A stretch of DNA of 24,149 nucleotides from a virus (IMGVR_UViG_3300025018_000524:1-24149), one strand, 5' to 3'. Positions 7,387 through 16,387 are shown, counted from the first letter of the stretch. Numbers and translations: made by a program. Notes: generated by a model not told the origin, from the letters alone.

Positions 7387-10317
7387 ATGTCAAAAAACAA
7401 CAAAAACAAACAAAAAAAATCAGTTAAACCTCAAGTAGTCGAGGAAAAGAAAACTCCCAAAGCAGAAGCAAAGAAAGAGAGAAAAGAGGTTAATATCTCT
7501 CGGATTATTGATGAATATAACCAAGACTTTGACGCCCTTTCAACCATCCACGATGAGTTCACAGCTAAGGAAAAAGTACTCATGGGTGTTAGGGTTGATA
7601 AGATCACTAAGGGTTCAACTAAGTCACAAATTGTAGACCCGACACTTCAGACGGCAGTCCTTAAGCAAAACAACGAAACAATGGCGCAAATGCCAACGGG
7701 CAAGGTAAAAGCCTATCTGGGGGATGAGGGTAAGTCTTTACTTATGAATCTCTTACTTGAGAATCACATACTGCCCAACGCTAATACACAATTTGATATT
7801 TACACTAAGTTTTGGTTGCTCTCGCTTTATCGTAAGGTATACGGCTCATTTGGGGTACTAGTCGATTACGTTCAATCCGATCAGTACACTGGTGCAGACT
7901 TTACCCTTATTCCAGCACGATCACTCGTGCCTCAAAAAGGTAGATACACTGTCAATTCATGTGACTACATCAGTGTCCGCTCGGTTGTTAGCAAGAAGTG
8001 GTTGCTCGACAGAGATACAAAGTATTGGAAGAACATTGACAAGTTAATTACTGATGCACCAGAGGCTAAACCAGACACAGACTATCAGACATTCATCGAA
8101 GAAAAGTACTCAACAGACTCTACCTCTGGCTCATCAAGCAAAAAGGATGAGTTTGAGCTAATCACTCGTTACTACAAAGACCGCTGGATCACCTTTAGCA
8201 AAGACATGAAGTTAATTCTAAGAGACATAGACAACCCCCATAAAAACGGTGAGATTCCTATTGTTATTGCCCACTCCTACCCACTGCTACATCGCTTCTT
8301 TGGTTTGGGTGAGTTTGAGAGGGGTATGGTCTTGCACAAAGCGCAATCATCTCTCGTCAATCTCTACATGGATGGTGTGAAAATGAGTATCTTCCCTCCA
8401 CTTAAATTAGATCCTAAAAACCTAGTCATGGAAACAATCAAGCGAGATCCTGGAGCTATGTGGTTTGTTAAGGGTGGCAACATGGGTGCAATCGACCAAA
8501 TGCAGATCAGCCCTCAAGGACTCAATACATTTCAATCTACTTATGCTTTCTTAAAGGGTGCGATGTTAACCCTCACCAACACAACTGACACCTCGATTAG
8601 CTCTAACACCGATCCAGGACTTGGTAAAAGCCAAAGATACTCAGAACCAGTGCTAACTCCTACGGGTTGGGTAACAATGGGAGAGTTACAGGTTGGGGAC
8701 AAAGTTATTGATGATGCTGGTAAGTCAGCAGAAGTGCTTGAGATACACGAACAAGGCAAGATCGACTCATACGATGTGTACTTCTCTGATGGCACAAAAA
8801 CAAACTGCTCTCTAGACCATTTGTGGACTGTAACCAATAAAAGAAACCACGCTAAAAAAGAAGATAAAACACTAGCTCAAATGTTAGAAACTGGACTCTT
8901 TAGAGACGCTTACGACAAGAGATATGAAAAAACTAATAAAAGCTACTACTACAGCGTAGATCTAGTAGCACCGGTTGAGATGGAAGCAAAGGAATTACCA
9001 ATAGATCCATATTTGATGGGGTTGTTACTTGGAGACGGTGGTTTTAGTGAAGATCGACAGACTATAAGCTTTACCAACTCAAAAGAAGATATTAAAGATG
9101 CTGTTAGAGAGTTACTACCAGTTGGAGACAGACTCGTTAGTAAGGGTAAGAGAGCCAATGAGTTTAGGATTTATGGAAAAGTTGTTGACTCACTTGAGGA
9201 ATACGGACTTAAAGGGCATCTATCAAAAGAAAAATGGATCCCAGAAGATTATCTCTTTAACTCACTAGAAAACAGACAAAGACTCTTTCAAGGATTGATT
9301 GACACTGACGGCTACCACGCCACAGAAACTTGTATCGAGTACTGTACAACCAGTGAAAAACTAGCTCAAGACTTCTTAGAATTATCTAGGTCACTTGGCT
9401 ACTACACCTCTATGGTTGTTGGTGTTAGTAGTGCTGTGTATAGGGGTGAGCTAAAAAAGTACGGAAATAAGTACCGCATCTACATTAATGCCAAGAAGCG
9501 CAAAAACATCATTGCTATTCAGAAATCAGAGCCAGAGGAAAGCAGGTGCTTGTTCGTAGACACTCCAAACCATTTATATGTAACTAATGGCTACACGCTA
9601 ACCCACAACACCCCGCAAGCACTCAAGATGCAACAGATGACTCAACAAATGAGATCTGGTTTTGACCGCAAGATGATGGATATAGCCATTGAAGGTATCT
9701 ACAACAAGATGATTGATGTAATGCTGGCTCGTCAAGAGAAGCCAATTAAATTGAAGTTTATGCAGGGTGAAGTTGAGCAGATCAAGAAACGCTATCCCGA
9801 TGTTCAAGAGTTATTAAAGGGCGACAAGGGTGAGCTAGTTATCAAGCCTACGGATATCACTGACACAAAATACAGATTCAACATCGACACAGGTTCAACC
9901 GTTCAAAAAGATCAAGCACTAGAGAATGAGACACTTACATCTCTACTTGAGTTAATTTTCAAGATCCCAGGCGCACCAGAGCAAATCCAAGCTACGGGAA
10001 CAATAACAGTAGGCAATCAAACGATCAACTTCGCCGAGATCATGAAGCAATGGGTCATTACCTCAGGTATCCATGATTGGGACAAGATTATCGAGGATGC
10101 AAAAGAGATGGGAATTGAGGAAGGGATGATGCCCAATCAACAGGAAATGATGCCCCCAATGCCGCAGGGTATGCCACCCATGGACCCCACGATGGGACAA
10201 GGTATGCCACAGGGTATGCCTATGCAACAACCACAAGCGTCTCAGTATCAACCCACAGGGAATCAAGAAGTAGATCAAATAATGCAGGAGATCATAAATG
10301 GAAACCGCATTGCATGA
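7387..10317 (+). CDS. Portal protein with intein (976-aa precursor, 649 aa spliced)
   Basis: Lies between terL and scaffold/MCP. NPHKNGEIP..HRFFGLG and PGAMW are podovirus-portal-like segments. M/P/Q-rich tail. Confidence 0.85.
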   Translation: MSKNNKNKQKKSVKPQVVEEKKTPKAEAKKERKEVNISRIIDEYNQDFDALSTIHDEFTAKEKVLMGVRVDKITKGSTKSQIVDPTLQTAVLKQNNETMAQMPTGKVKAYLGDEGKSLLMNLLLENHILPNANTQFDIYTKFWLLSLYRKVYGSFGVLVDYVQSDQYTGADFTLIPARSLVPQKGRYTVNSCDYISVRSVVSKKWLLDRDTKYWKNIDKLITDAPEAKPDTDYQTFIEEKYSTDSTSGSSSKKDEFELITRYYKDRWITFSKDMKLILRDIDNPHKNGEIPIVIAHSYPLLHRFFGLGEFERGMVLHKAQSSLVNLYMDGVKMSIFPPLKLDPKNLVMETIKRDPGAMWFVKGGNMGAIDQMQISPQGLNTFQSTYAFLKGAMLTLTNTTDTSISSNTDPGLGKSQRYSEPVLTPTGWVTMGELQVGDKVIDDAGKSAEVLEIHEQGKIDSYDVYFSDGTKTNCSLDHLWTVTNKRNHAKKEDKTLAQMLETGLFRDAYDKRYEKTNKSYYYSVDLVAPVEMEAKELPIDPYLMGLLLGDGGFSEDRQTISFTNSKEDIKDAVRELLPVGDRLVSKGKRANEFRIYGKVVDSLEEYGLKGHLSKEKWIPEDYLFNSLENRQRLFQGLIDTDGYHATETCIEYCTTSEKLAQDFLELSRSLGYYTSMVVGVSSAVYRGELKKYGNKYRIYINAKKRKNIIAIQKSEPEESRCLFVDTPNHLYVTNGYTLTHNTPQALKMQQMTQQMRSGFDRKMMDIAIEGIYNKMIDVMLARQEKPIKLKFMQGEVEQIKKRYPDVQELLKGDKGELVIKPTDITDTKYRFNIDTGSTVQKDQALENETLTSLLELIFKIPGAPEQIQATGTITVGNQTINFAEIMKQWVITSGIHDWDKIIEDAKEMGIEEGMMPNQQEMMPPMPQGMPPMDPTMGQGMPQGMPMQQPQASQYQPTGNQEVDQIMQEIINGNRIA
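8629..9609 (+). mobile_element. Intein (327 aa) with LAGLIDADG homing endonuclease and class 3 WCT signature
   Basis: Block A SQRYSEPVLTPTGW, block B DHLW, LAGLIDADG motifs LMGLLLGDG and FQGLIDTDG, block F SRCLFV, block G LTHN followed by +1 Thr. Confidence 0.93.
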
Positions 10318-10618
10318 CACAACCAAGGTATTTATTGAGGCGATCAAAGAAATACCAAACGTTGAAACAGAAAGGGAAAATGATGAGCTGATTAGTTCGC
10401 TGTTTATGGATCCGAGATTTACAGCTTTACAGGACTACATCAACTCAATGATTAAGCAACTGGACAACCTAGAGGGAATAATCCAACCCTCAGATAGTCC
10501 GGAAGAAATAGGGTTTAGATACATGATCGCAAAGGTGGCAAAAACATATTTGATAACAGTACGAGACTTGCCAGAGGTAATAGCAAATGTCAGACGAACA
10601 GAAAAAGACCGAGAGTGA
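10298..10618 (+). CDS. Hypothetical head-module protein
   Basis: AGGAG Shine-Dalgarno; overlaps the portal end. Confidence 0.8.
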   Translation: METALHDTTKVFIEAIKEIPNVETERENDELISSLFMDPRFTALQDYINSMIKQLDNLEGIIQPSDSPEEIGFRYMIAKVAKTYLITVRDLPEVIANVRRTEKDRE

Positions 10619-10847
10619 TCAAATAAACTTTGAGCAGGTATTCGGGATCACGTCTGAACAAATTGAAGAAATACGGAAGGGAGCGATAGAGAAAGCAAAG
10701 CAAGCTACACATAGATGGAGACAAAGAGGATTCTGGCTGGTGTGTACCTCATGTGACAACAACCACGCAATCTGGATACAGGGCAAAGAGATGATCGGCG
10801 AGAATGAAGATGGTACGCCAATACTTAGAGAATTGAAGAAAGCTTAG
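10587..10847 (+). CDS. Hypothetical protein with possible Zn site
   Basis: GAGGT Shine-Dalgarno; HRW...CTSCDNNH. Confidence 0.75.
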   Translation: MSDEQKKTESDQINFEQVFGITSEQIEEIRKGAIEKAKQATHRWRQRGFWLVCTSCDNNHAIWIQGKEMIGENEDGTPILRELKKA

Positions 10848-10856
10848 GGGTTTTAT

Positions 10857-10899
10857 TGAGTTCTTTAACTCACTGGTGGTCGACCCTCAGTAACGGGTC
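10857..10899 (+). promoter_or_regulatory. Two small hairpins in the scaffold leader
   Basis: TGAGTT-cttt-AACTCA and GACCC-tcagtaac-GGGTC. Confidence 0.4.
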
Positions 10900-10924
10900 T
10901 GTAAAAAGTATAAAGGAAATCATC

Positions 10925-11728
10925 ATGACTGATGAAATCAAAGAGACGATAAACGAGGCAGATACAGCCTCAGATGAAACGTCCTCATCTGAAGTTCAAG
11001 AGGAAACTCAAGCTCCCGATCAAGAGCAAGAGGAGATTCAAGAGCAGGAATCGGTGGCTGAACCTACACAGCAGGAGAAGAAACCTACACGAGCTGAAAG
11101 ACGTGTTCAACAGCTTCTGGAGAAGATGAAGGCTCAGAAATCTCAGGGAGAATATCCCGACTTGGCTTCAGCCAATACACAAGATGAGCCACTTATCAGC
11201 CCTGACGATTATGAATCGGGGATTGATCCAGCGGCACTAGAACAAAGAATTAAAGCACGTGAGCAGAGAAACTTACAAGCAAGCACGCAAAACATTAAGC
11301 AACAGCTTAAAGCAGAGTTTGCTTACGAGCAGGCGGCCAAAGATCATGAGGCAGACCTAGAGTCAGTCTCACAATCCGAGGACATTAAAAAAAACCCTGC
11401 GCTGGAAAGAATGGCAGTCAGACTCTACGAGAAGGAAAACTATCTAGTTGACCCTCGCACGGGACAGACGTTTTTCAATCCAGTCATTAAGTTATCCGAA
11501 GCTCTCAAGATCGTTAAGCAAGACTTAGCAGAAGCGACAGGCGTTGCCCTAGCTGATGTTCAGGTTAAAGCTAATGAGAACAGAGAAACAGGTGCGCTAT
11601 CTCCTTCGCAGGGTGCGTCAAGTTCAGATTCTGAATACACTCAAGCTCTCGATAACGCTATTCAAAAAGGCGATGATCAATCTTGGGCAGAGGTGTTTAA
11701 GAAGCGTGGACTTACCAACGTATCCTAA
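10925..11728 (+). CDS. Capsid scaffolding protein
   Basis: Acidic N-terminus, coiled-coil character, directly upstream of MCP. AAGGA Shine-Dalgarno precedes ATG 10925. Confidence 0.8.
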   Translation: MTDEIKETINEADTASDETSSSEVQEETQAPDQEQEEIQEQESVAEPTQQEKKPTRAERRVQQLLEKMKAQKSQGEYPDLASANTQDEPLISPDDYESGIDPAALEQRIKAREQRNLQASTQNIKQQLKAEFAYEQAAKDHEADLESVSQSEDIKKNPALERMAVRLYEKENYLVDPRTGQTFFNPVIKLSEALKIVKQDLAEATGVALADVQVKANENRETGALSPSQGASSSDSEYTQALDNAIQKGDDQSWAEVFKKRGLTNVS

Positions 11729-11753
11729 TTAGTAATAATAAGGAAAGCACACA

Positions 11754-12641
11754 ATGTCACAATCGACAGCAAAAACAACTTTCCAAGCTATCGGAAATCG
11801 TGAGGACTTAACCGACGTGATCACAATGATCTCGCCAACCGAGACTCCTTTTTTCTCTCGCTTCGGAAAGACAAAAGCAAGTGCAGTTCTTCATGAATGG
11901 CAAACAGACAGTTTGGCTAACGCCGCTGACAACGCCAACATTGAGGCTGCAGACTACTCTTTCACTAGACCAGCCAGTCGTTCACGACTGACCAACTCAG
12001 TGCAGTACTTCATGACCCCAGTTGAGGTGTCTGATCTACAACGCTTGGTTGATACCGCAGGCCTTGAGGATGAGTTCGCGTACCAACTTGCCAAAAAGAT
12101 GAAGGAACACGCTCGAGACATCGAGTATGCCCTCGTCACTGGTACTGGTAACACAGGTGCATCAGGCACAGCACGACGTCTTAAAGGCGTTCTCGCTTGG
12201 CTGACCACAACTGTAACGACCGGTACTGGTACAGGCAGTGAAGCTCTCACAGAAGATATGTTCAACGACACGCTCGAGGACATCTGGGATGAGGGTGGTA
12301 TGCCCGACTATGCCTATGCAAATGGTGGACAGAAACGCGCTATCAGTGACTTCACTGGTGGAACGACAAAGAACACCGATGCAGAGGACAAAGTCGTGTA
12401 CAAAGGTGTAGACGTTTATGATTCTGACTTCGGTCGAATCAAAATCGTACCTCACCGCCACATGACTTCATCTGTGGTTGCAATTCTACAGAATGATCTG
12501 TGGAAAGTCGCAACCGTTGCTGGCACACGAAAGCAAGATGTAGCTAAGATCGGCTCCGCAACTCGCGCAGTCATCGAAACCTACCTCACGCTCGAATCCA
12601 GAAACGAAGCAGGAAGTGGAAAAATTACTCAATTAAGTTAA
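11754..12641 (+). CDS. Major capsid protein, SU10/DUF5309-like
   Basis: GNREDLTDVI..ISPTETPF, HEWQTDSL, RDIEYAL and YDSDFG. Confidence 0.9.
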   Translation: MSQSTAKTTFQAIGNREDLTDVITMISPTETPFFSRFGKTKASAVLHEWQTDSLANAADNANIEAADYSFTRPASRSRLTNSVQYFMTPVEVSDLQRLVDTAGLEDEFAYQLAKKMKEHARDIEYALVTGTGNTGASGTARRLKGVLAWLTTTVTTGTGTGSEALTEDMFNDTLEDIWDEGGMPDYAYANGGQKRAISDFTGGTTKNTDAEDKVVYKGVDVYDSDFGRIKIVPHRHMTSSVVAILQNDLWKVATVAGTRKQDVAKIGSATRAVIETYLTLESRNEAGSGKITQLS

Positions 12642-12656
12642 TTAGTTGAGAGTGTA

Positions 12657-12687
12657 TGGGTGGGGTGGTGAAAACTGCCCCACACCA
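12657..12687 (+). terminator. GC-rich GAAA-tetraloop hairpin after the MCP gene (no T tract)
   Basis: GTGGGGTGGT-GAAA-ACTGCCCCAC. Confidence 0.55.
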
Positions 12688-12700
12688 ACAGATAGACACT

Positions 12701-13129
12701 ATGAGGAAGATAAATCAGCCAACTACTACACAACCAACAATTAAAGTGGTTAATGAACAATCTCCCCGTAGTGTTATCAATAATGATGACGACATAGACT
12801 TCGACTTTTCAGAAGAAGCTATGAAGGGAGATAACTTCTCCATAACTAACGAAGCAATAAGGCTCATCGGACTTAAACAACAATTAGATATAGACGCAAC
12901 AGATAGAGAACACGACCAAGAATTGAAACACATCCTTGAATGGGCGAAAGCAGCAGGGATTAAGAATAAGAATCAGTTATCAGCAAAACTCAGAGAAATA
13001 CAATACAAACTCGGATACTCAGAACCCAAACAAGCAATTAAGAATATATACAACTACATCAGACTAGACAGTCAAATCAAATCACTAGTCAATCAACAGG
13101 AGGTCTTACATGGCAAACATAGGAACTGA
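12701..13129 (+). CDS. Hypothetical protein
   Basis: ORF 12656..13129; ATG 12701, downstream of the hairpin, is preferred. Confidence 0.75.
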   Translation: MRKINQPTTTQPTIKVVNEQSPRSVINNDDDIDFDFSEEAMKGDNFSITNEAIRLIGLKQQLDIDATDREHDQELKHILEWAKAAGIKNKNQLSAKLREIQYKLGYSEPKQAIKNIYNYIRLDSQIKSLVNQQEVLHGKHRN

Positions 13130-13421
13130 TCAAGCAGTAACTAGACGAGAACACGTCCAGACCATAGAAGCTAAAAGGGTCGTTGAAACAGATCTCTTTG
13201 GCGGACTGGTAACAAACGGAAACTTCACCACAGCCGTTGATACAGCTGATGCCGACACAACATATTTCGGTAAGGCGCAAATCGGCACAGCCACCTCAGA
13301 AGCAGAGTGGCAGATTAAGAAAATAACAGTTAGTGGAACAGTGACACTCATCCAGTGGGCTAATGGCACAGATGCTTTCACGGCAGAGTGGGACGAAAGA
13401 GCCGGATACTCTTTTTCTTGA
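13110..13421 (+). CDS. Small beta-rich probable virion protein
   Basis: AGGAGG Shine-Dalgarno; Thr/Ala-rich; TYFGKA..G......WQIKKI...WANG...W..R pattern. Confidence 0.7.
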   Translation: MANIGTDQAVTRREHVQTIEAKRVVETDLFGGLVTNGNFTTAVDTADADTTYFGKAQIGTATSEAEWQIKKITVSGTVTLIQWANGTDAFTAEWDERAGYSFS

Positions 13422-13428
13422 GGAAACT

Positions 13429-13743
13429 ATGTTACCCAAAAATCAATCAGCATTTGACGCATCAATCCGAAAACTAGCCGATGAGATAAATACCAAAAGA
13501 CAGTTGGAGATCAATCAGATCTATTCAGGCAAGAACGAGTTTGATGAGTATGTCGGTTATGCCCGAGAACATGGCGTGTTTGAAAAGGGTAATAAAAGCA
13601 AATCAATGCGAAAGATTGCTTCATTCCCCGTAGAGGTCGATCAATTCTTCACGAAGGTGTACGGGGACAATTATTACAAAGACCCCGATTTTTTCAAGAA
13701 ATATCACAATGAATGGGCAGTTATAAAAAATAGTAAGTTATGA
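13429..13743 (+). CDS. Hypothetical protein
   Basis: GAGG Shine-Dalgarno before ATG 13429; ATGA overlap with the glycosyltransferase. Confidence 0.75.
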   Translation: MLPKNQSAFDASIRKLADEINTKRQLEINQIYSGKNEFDEYVGYAREHGVFEKGNKSKSMRKIASFPVEVDQFFTKVYGDNYYKDPDFFKKYHNEWAVIKNSKL

Positions 13744-14858
13744 AAAAGTTATTAATCCTCCAGCCAAGAACAGAGGATGGTTGTGGATGGTACAGACTTA
13801 TCCAGTTTGCTAAGCTGGCCAAGAAGAACGATTTAGACGTTCAATTCATAGACGTTTCACTATCAGAGGAAAAACTATCTGAGTCAATCTCACTCGCTGA
13901 TGCTTACCTTCTTAGACTATCAGACCTCGTGGCAATAGAAGTCTTTGAACAGTTTGAGTGGGACAAGATCAACAAACCAATCTTTCTTGACATAGATGAT
14001 AACTACGAGTCAATCGACCCTCTTTCAGACCTCTACAGAGCCTATGGACTTCAAGATGTTCAGCTTCAAGATGGTACATATCTATGGAAAGATGGGGTTA
14101 ATTTAGACGTTAAGAAAAACACCAAGAGGTTGGCTAGGTTCAGAACAATTCTAAAAAAGGCTACGATGGTTTGCGTCACGACCTTTGAACTGAGAAACTA
14201 CGCAAACAAATATAATAAAAATGTAGTGATAATACCCAATGCGATTGACTTTGATATATTCCCCAAAGTAAAAGATGTTAACAAAAACAAGAATGAGGTC
14301 AGGTTGTTGTGGTCGGGCGGTTCTACTCACTTCCCAGACTTACTAGAGATCAGAGATCAATTAGAAAACCTAATGGCTCGCAACCTCAATTTACACCTAT
14401 ACATCCTGGGTGTACCGTTTAATGGAATTATCAAGAATATGCCAAAAGACCGCGTGCATCCTATGGGGTGGGTTAAGCCTGATGGACATGGATATAGACT
14501 GGCTTGCATTGATGCAGATATTGCTATTTGCCCTCTTAAAGACTTCTCATTTAATTACTTCAAGTCGAGTGTTAAATACTACGAAACATCGGCTTTAAGA
14601 GTACCTAATGTCTGTAAGAATATACCGCCATACAAAGATGATATTGCCGATGGTCATAACGGCCTACTCTACTCGACCCCGAATGAGTTTCAGGACAAGG
14701 TACAGTCACTTATTGATGATCCAATCAAAAGAATCCAAATTGGTAATGCCGGATATGAGTATGTGAAGCAACACCGCAAAATTGAGGATATAGCCAAAGA
14801 TTGGGCTACTGTTATTAAGGGAACTATTGAGGCCGTCAATGAAAATAGCACTCGTTAA
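13740..14858 (+). CDS. Glycosyltransferase, GT-B fold (GT4-like)
   Basis: GCGWYR, DIDD, IPNAID, WSGGSTH, FNYFKSSVKYYE and GHNGLL. Confidence 0.88.
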   Translation: MKKLLILQPRTEDGCGWYRLIQFAKLAKKNDLDVQFIDVSLSEEKLSESISLADAYLLRLSDLVAIEVFEQFEWDKINKPIFLDIDDNYESIDPLSDLYRAYGLQDVQLQDGTYLWKDGVNLDVKKNTKRLARFRTILKKATMVCVTTFELRNYANKYNKNVVIIPNAIDFDIFPKVKDVNKNKNEVRLLWSGGSTHFPDLLEIRDQLENLMARNLNLHLYILGVPFNGIIKNMPKDRVHPMGWVKPDGHGYRLACIDADIAICPLKDFSFNYFKSSVKYYETSALRVPNVCKNIPPYKDDIADGHNGLLYSTPNEFQDKVQSLIDDPIKRIQIGNAGYEYVKQHRKIEDIAKDWATVIKGTIEAVNENSTR

Positions 14859-15654
14859 TTGGAACTTAAATAAAGTTGGTGGCTCGCAGTCATTTACCCA
14901 CACCCTGGCTACAGCTTTTGAGCAACTAGGACACAGCGTAACTAAACACGACACTCATTTTGAAGGTGAGGCTGATCTAGTTATTCTCTCTCAACCATCC
15001 CACTGCACTGCGCTGACAAATGCACCCATTATCCAGGTTTCACATTCCTCTTTTGTCCCCCTCGAGAGGTTTACGAATAAATCATCTTATCGAGTCTCAG
15101 TTAGTCAAGAGATTAAACAACTTGAGGAGAAATTGGGTTTTGATAGCGTTGTTATAAATAATCCCATCGATACGAGTATTTTTAAGTTACTAAACCTAAG
15201 AGAGAAGTGTGGAAGGGTTCTGTATATGTCACATGATGGGGCTCTTGCTAGAGAAACAATACAAAGCGCCTGTAGAAAAAAAAGTGTTGATTTTGCAATG
15301 ATAGAAAACTCACACAACATTGCCGAGGATATTCATAGAGCAGATGTTTGTATAGGAATCGGTAGGTGTTTATTGGAAGCTATGGCGTGTGGCAAGAACG
15401 TAATTAGTGGAGATCATAGAAATTGGATGGATTCATTTAAGGGAGCGGGACTCATCGAACCAGATAGATACACCTATCACACAAGAGATAACTTTTCCGG
15501 GAGATTGAGTCCTAGGGAGGTCACTGAACAGATGATTATTGATGCAATAGAAAATTACGACCCAGATCGCGGAATAAAACTATCAAAATTAGTAAAAAGG
15601 ACTCACGATGCCAAAGCAATCGCAAGACAATACCTCAGACTTATATCAAATTAG
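14839..15654 (+). CDS. Glycosyltransferase, GT-B fold (GT4-like)
   Basis: MKIALV..GGSQSF, INNPID and GRCLLEAMACGK. ATG 14839 is the preferred start. Confidence 0.85.
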   Translation: MKIALVNWNLNKVGGSQSFTHTLATAFEQLGHSVTKHDTHFEGEADLVILSQPSHCTALTNAPIIQVSHSSFVPLERFTNKSSYRVSVSQEIKQLEEKLGFDSVVINNPIDTSIFKLLNLREKCGRVLYMSHDGALARETIQSACRKKSVDFAMIENSHNIAEDIHRADVCIGIGRCLLEAMACGKNVISGDHRNWMDSFKGAGLIEPDRYTYHTRDNFSGRLSPREVTEQMIIDAIENYDPDRGIKLSKLVKRTHDAKAIARQYLRLISN

Positions 15655-16246
15655 ATATGAGAAACATCAAAACAAAAAAAGAGATCAATTAGCCTTCTCT
15701 AAAGGTATTCTCAATGCTCCACAACTAAATAAAGACGATTTTGTAGGATTTGAGCGTGTCCTCCAGGCTAGGAGAACACAAAGAACGTTCATTTCTAAGC
15801 CTGTGGAAGCTGAAAAGTTAGATATTCTACTTAAACACGCTTCACTCTGCCCCTCATCTTGTAATAGGCAAGCTATCACTATCAAAATAGTTGAACACAG
15901 GCACGAAAAAGAAATACTTTCGGGGCTATTGGTGGGTGGCGTTGGCTGGTGTCACAGAGCAGATAAATTGTTATTGGTATTTGCACACAAACAAGCCTAC
16001 AAAGCGCCTGGAGAGATCAACTTCATGCCTTATCTAGATGCTGGAGTAGTTATTCAACAGCTCTATTTATCCGCAACGGCACTCAATTTAGGTATAGGCT
16101 ATATCAATCCCAACCTTCGAGAAGAAAATAAGAAATTATTTAAGGATAGATTTAATCCCAATGACCATATATTTTGTGGGACATTAGCTCTTGGGTATTT
16201 TAATTACAAAGCAGAGGAAGCCCCAAAAGACAGATTGACAACATAG
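15608..16246 (+). CDS. Nitroreductase-family (FMN-binding) protein
   Basis: RRTQRTF, PSSCNRQ, LDAGVVIQQLYLSATALNLG and LALGY. Confidence 0.88.
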   Translation: MPKQSQDNTSDLYQIRYEKHQNKKRDQLAFSKGILNAPQLNKDDFVGFERVLQARRTQRTFISKPVEAEKLDILLKHASLCPSSCNRQAITIKIVEHRHEKEILSGLLVGGVGWCHRADKLLLVFAHKQAYKAPGEINFMPYLDAGVVIQQLYLSATALNLGIGYINPNLREENKKLFKDRFNPNDHIFCGTLALGYFNYKAEEAPKDRLTT

Positions 16247-16264
16247 TGACTATTAATATATACT
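16235..16264 (+). promoter_or_regulatory. Sigma70-type promoter
   Basis: TTGACA-18 nt-TATACT. Confidence 0.6.
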
Positions 16265-16336
16265 CGTCTACAATCTTCGCAGTATAATTTACTGTTAAAA
16301 GATTAAATAGTTTCGTATATAAATAAGTATACAAGT

Positions 16337-16368
16337 AACTCCAAGTCGAAAGGCTATGGAGTTTTTTT
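16337..16368 (+). terminator. Intrinsic terminator-like hairpin
   Basis: AACTCCA-AGTC-GAAA-GGCT-a-TGGAGTT-TTTTT. Confidence 0.75.
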
Positions 16369-16387
16369 GTTATCAGACGGGAAAAAT

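Noticed and set aside
10126-10260. GGTATGCC repeats and M/P/Q/G-rich tail of the portal
   Set aside because: This is a low-complexity coding tail common in podovirus-like portals, not a DNA repeat element or CRISPR array.
10856-10924. Upstream starts given by the ORF track (10856; also 488, 2494, 4039, 4817, 5098, 12656, 13363, 14827, 16367)
   Set aside because: They fall in hairpins or repeats, lie inside the previous gene, or are weak TTG starts. Downstream starts have better Shine-Dalgarno or overlap context.
11954-12461. Minus-strand ORFs over the capsid gene, and similar ones at 774, 2709, 8541, 8949, 9598, 10063, 12715, 13089, 13130, 14706, 15105, 15685, 16200, 16530, 17028, 17396, 18035, 18587, 22094, 22622 and 23882
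   Set aside because: They lie opposite well-supported genes. I noticed no promoter, no coherent protein architecture and no compositional distortion of the sense protein, so they are treated as shadow ORFs.
5380-12641. Assigning a host (for example Patescibacteria/CPR)
   Set aside because: The gene style and DGR-type target are suggestive, but nothing in the window identifies the host. CRISPR spacer matches or flanking sequence are needed.
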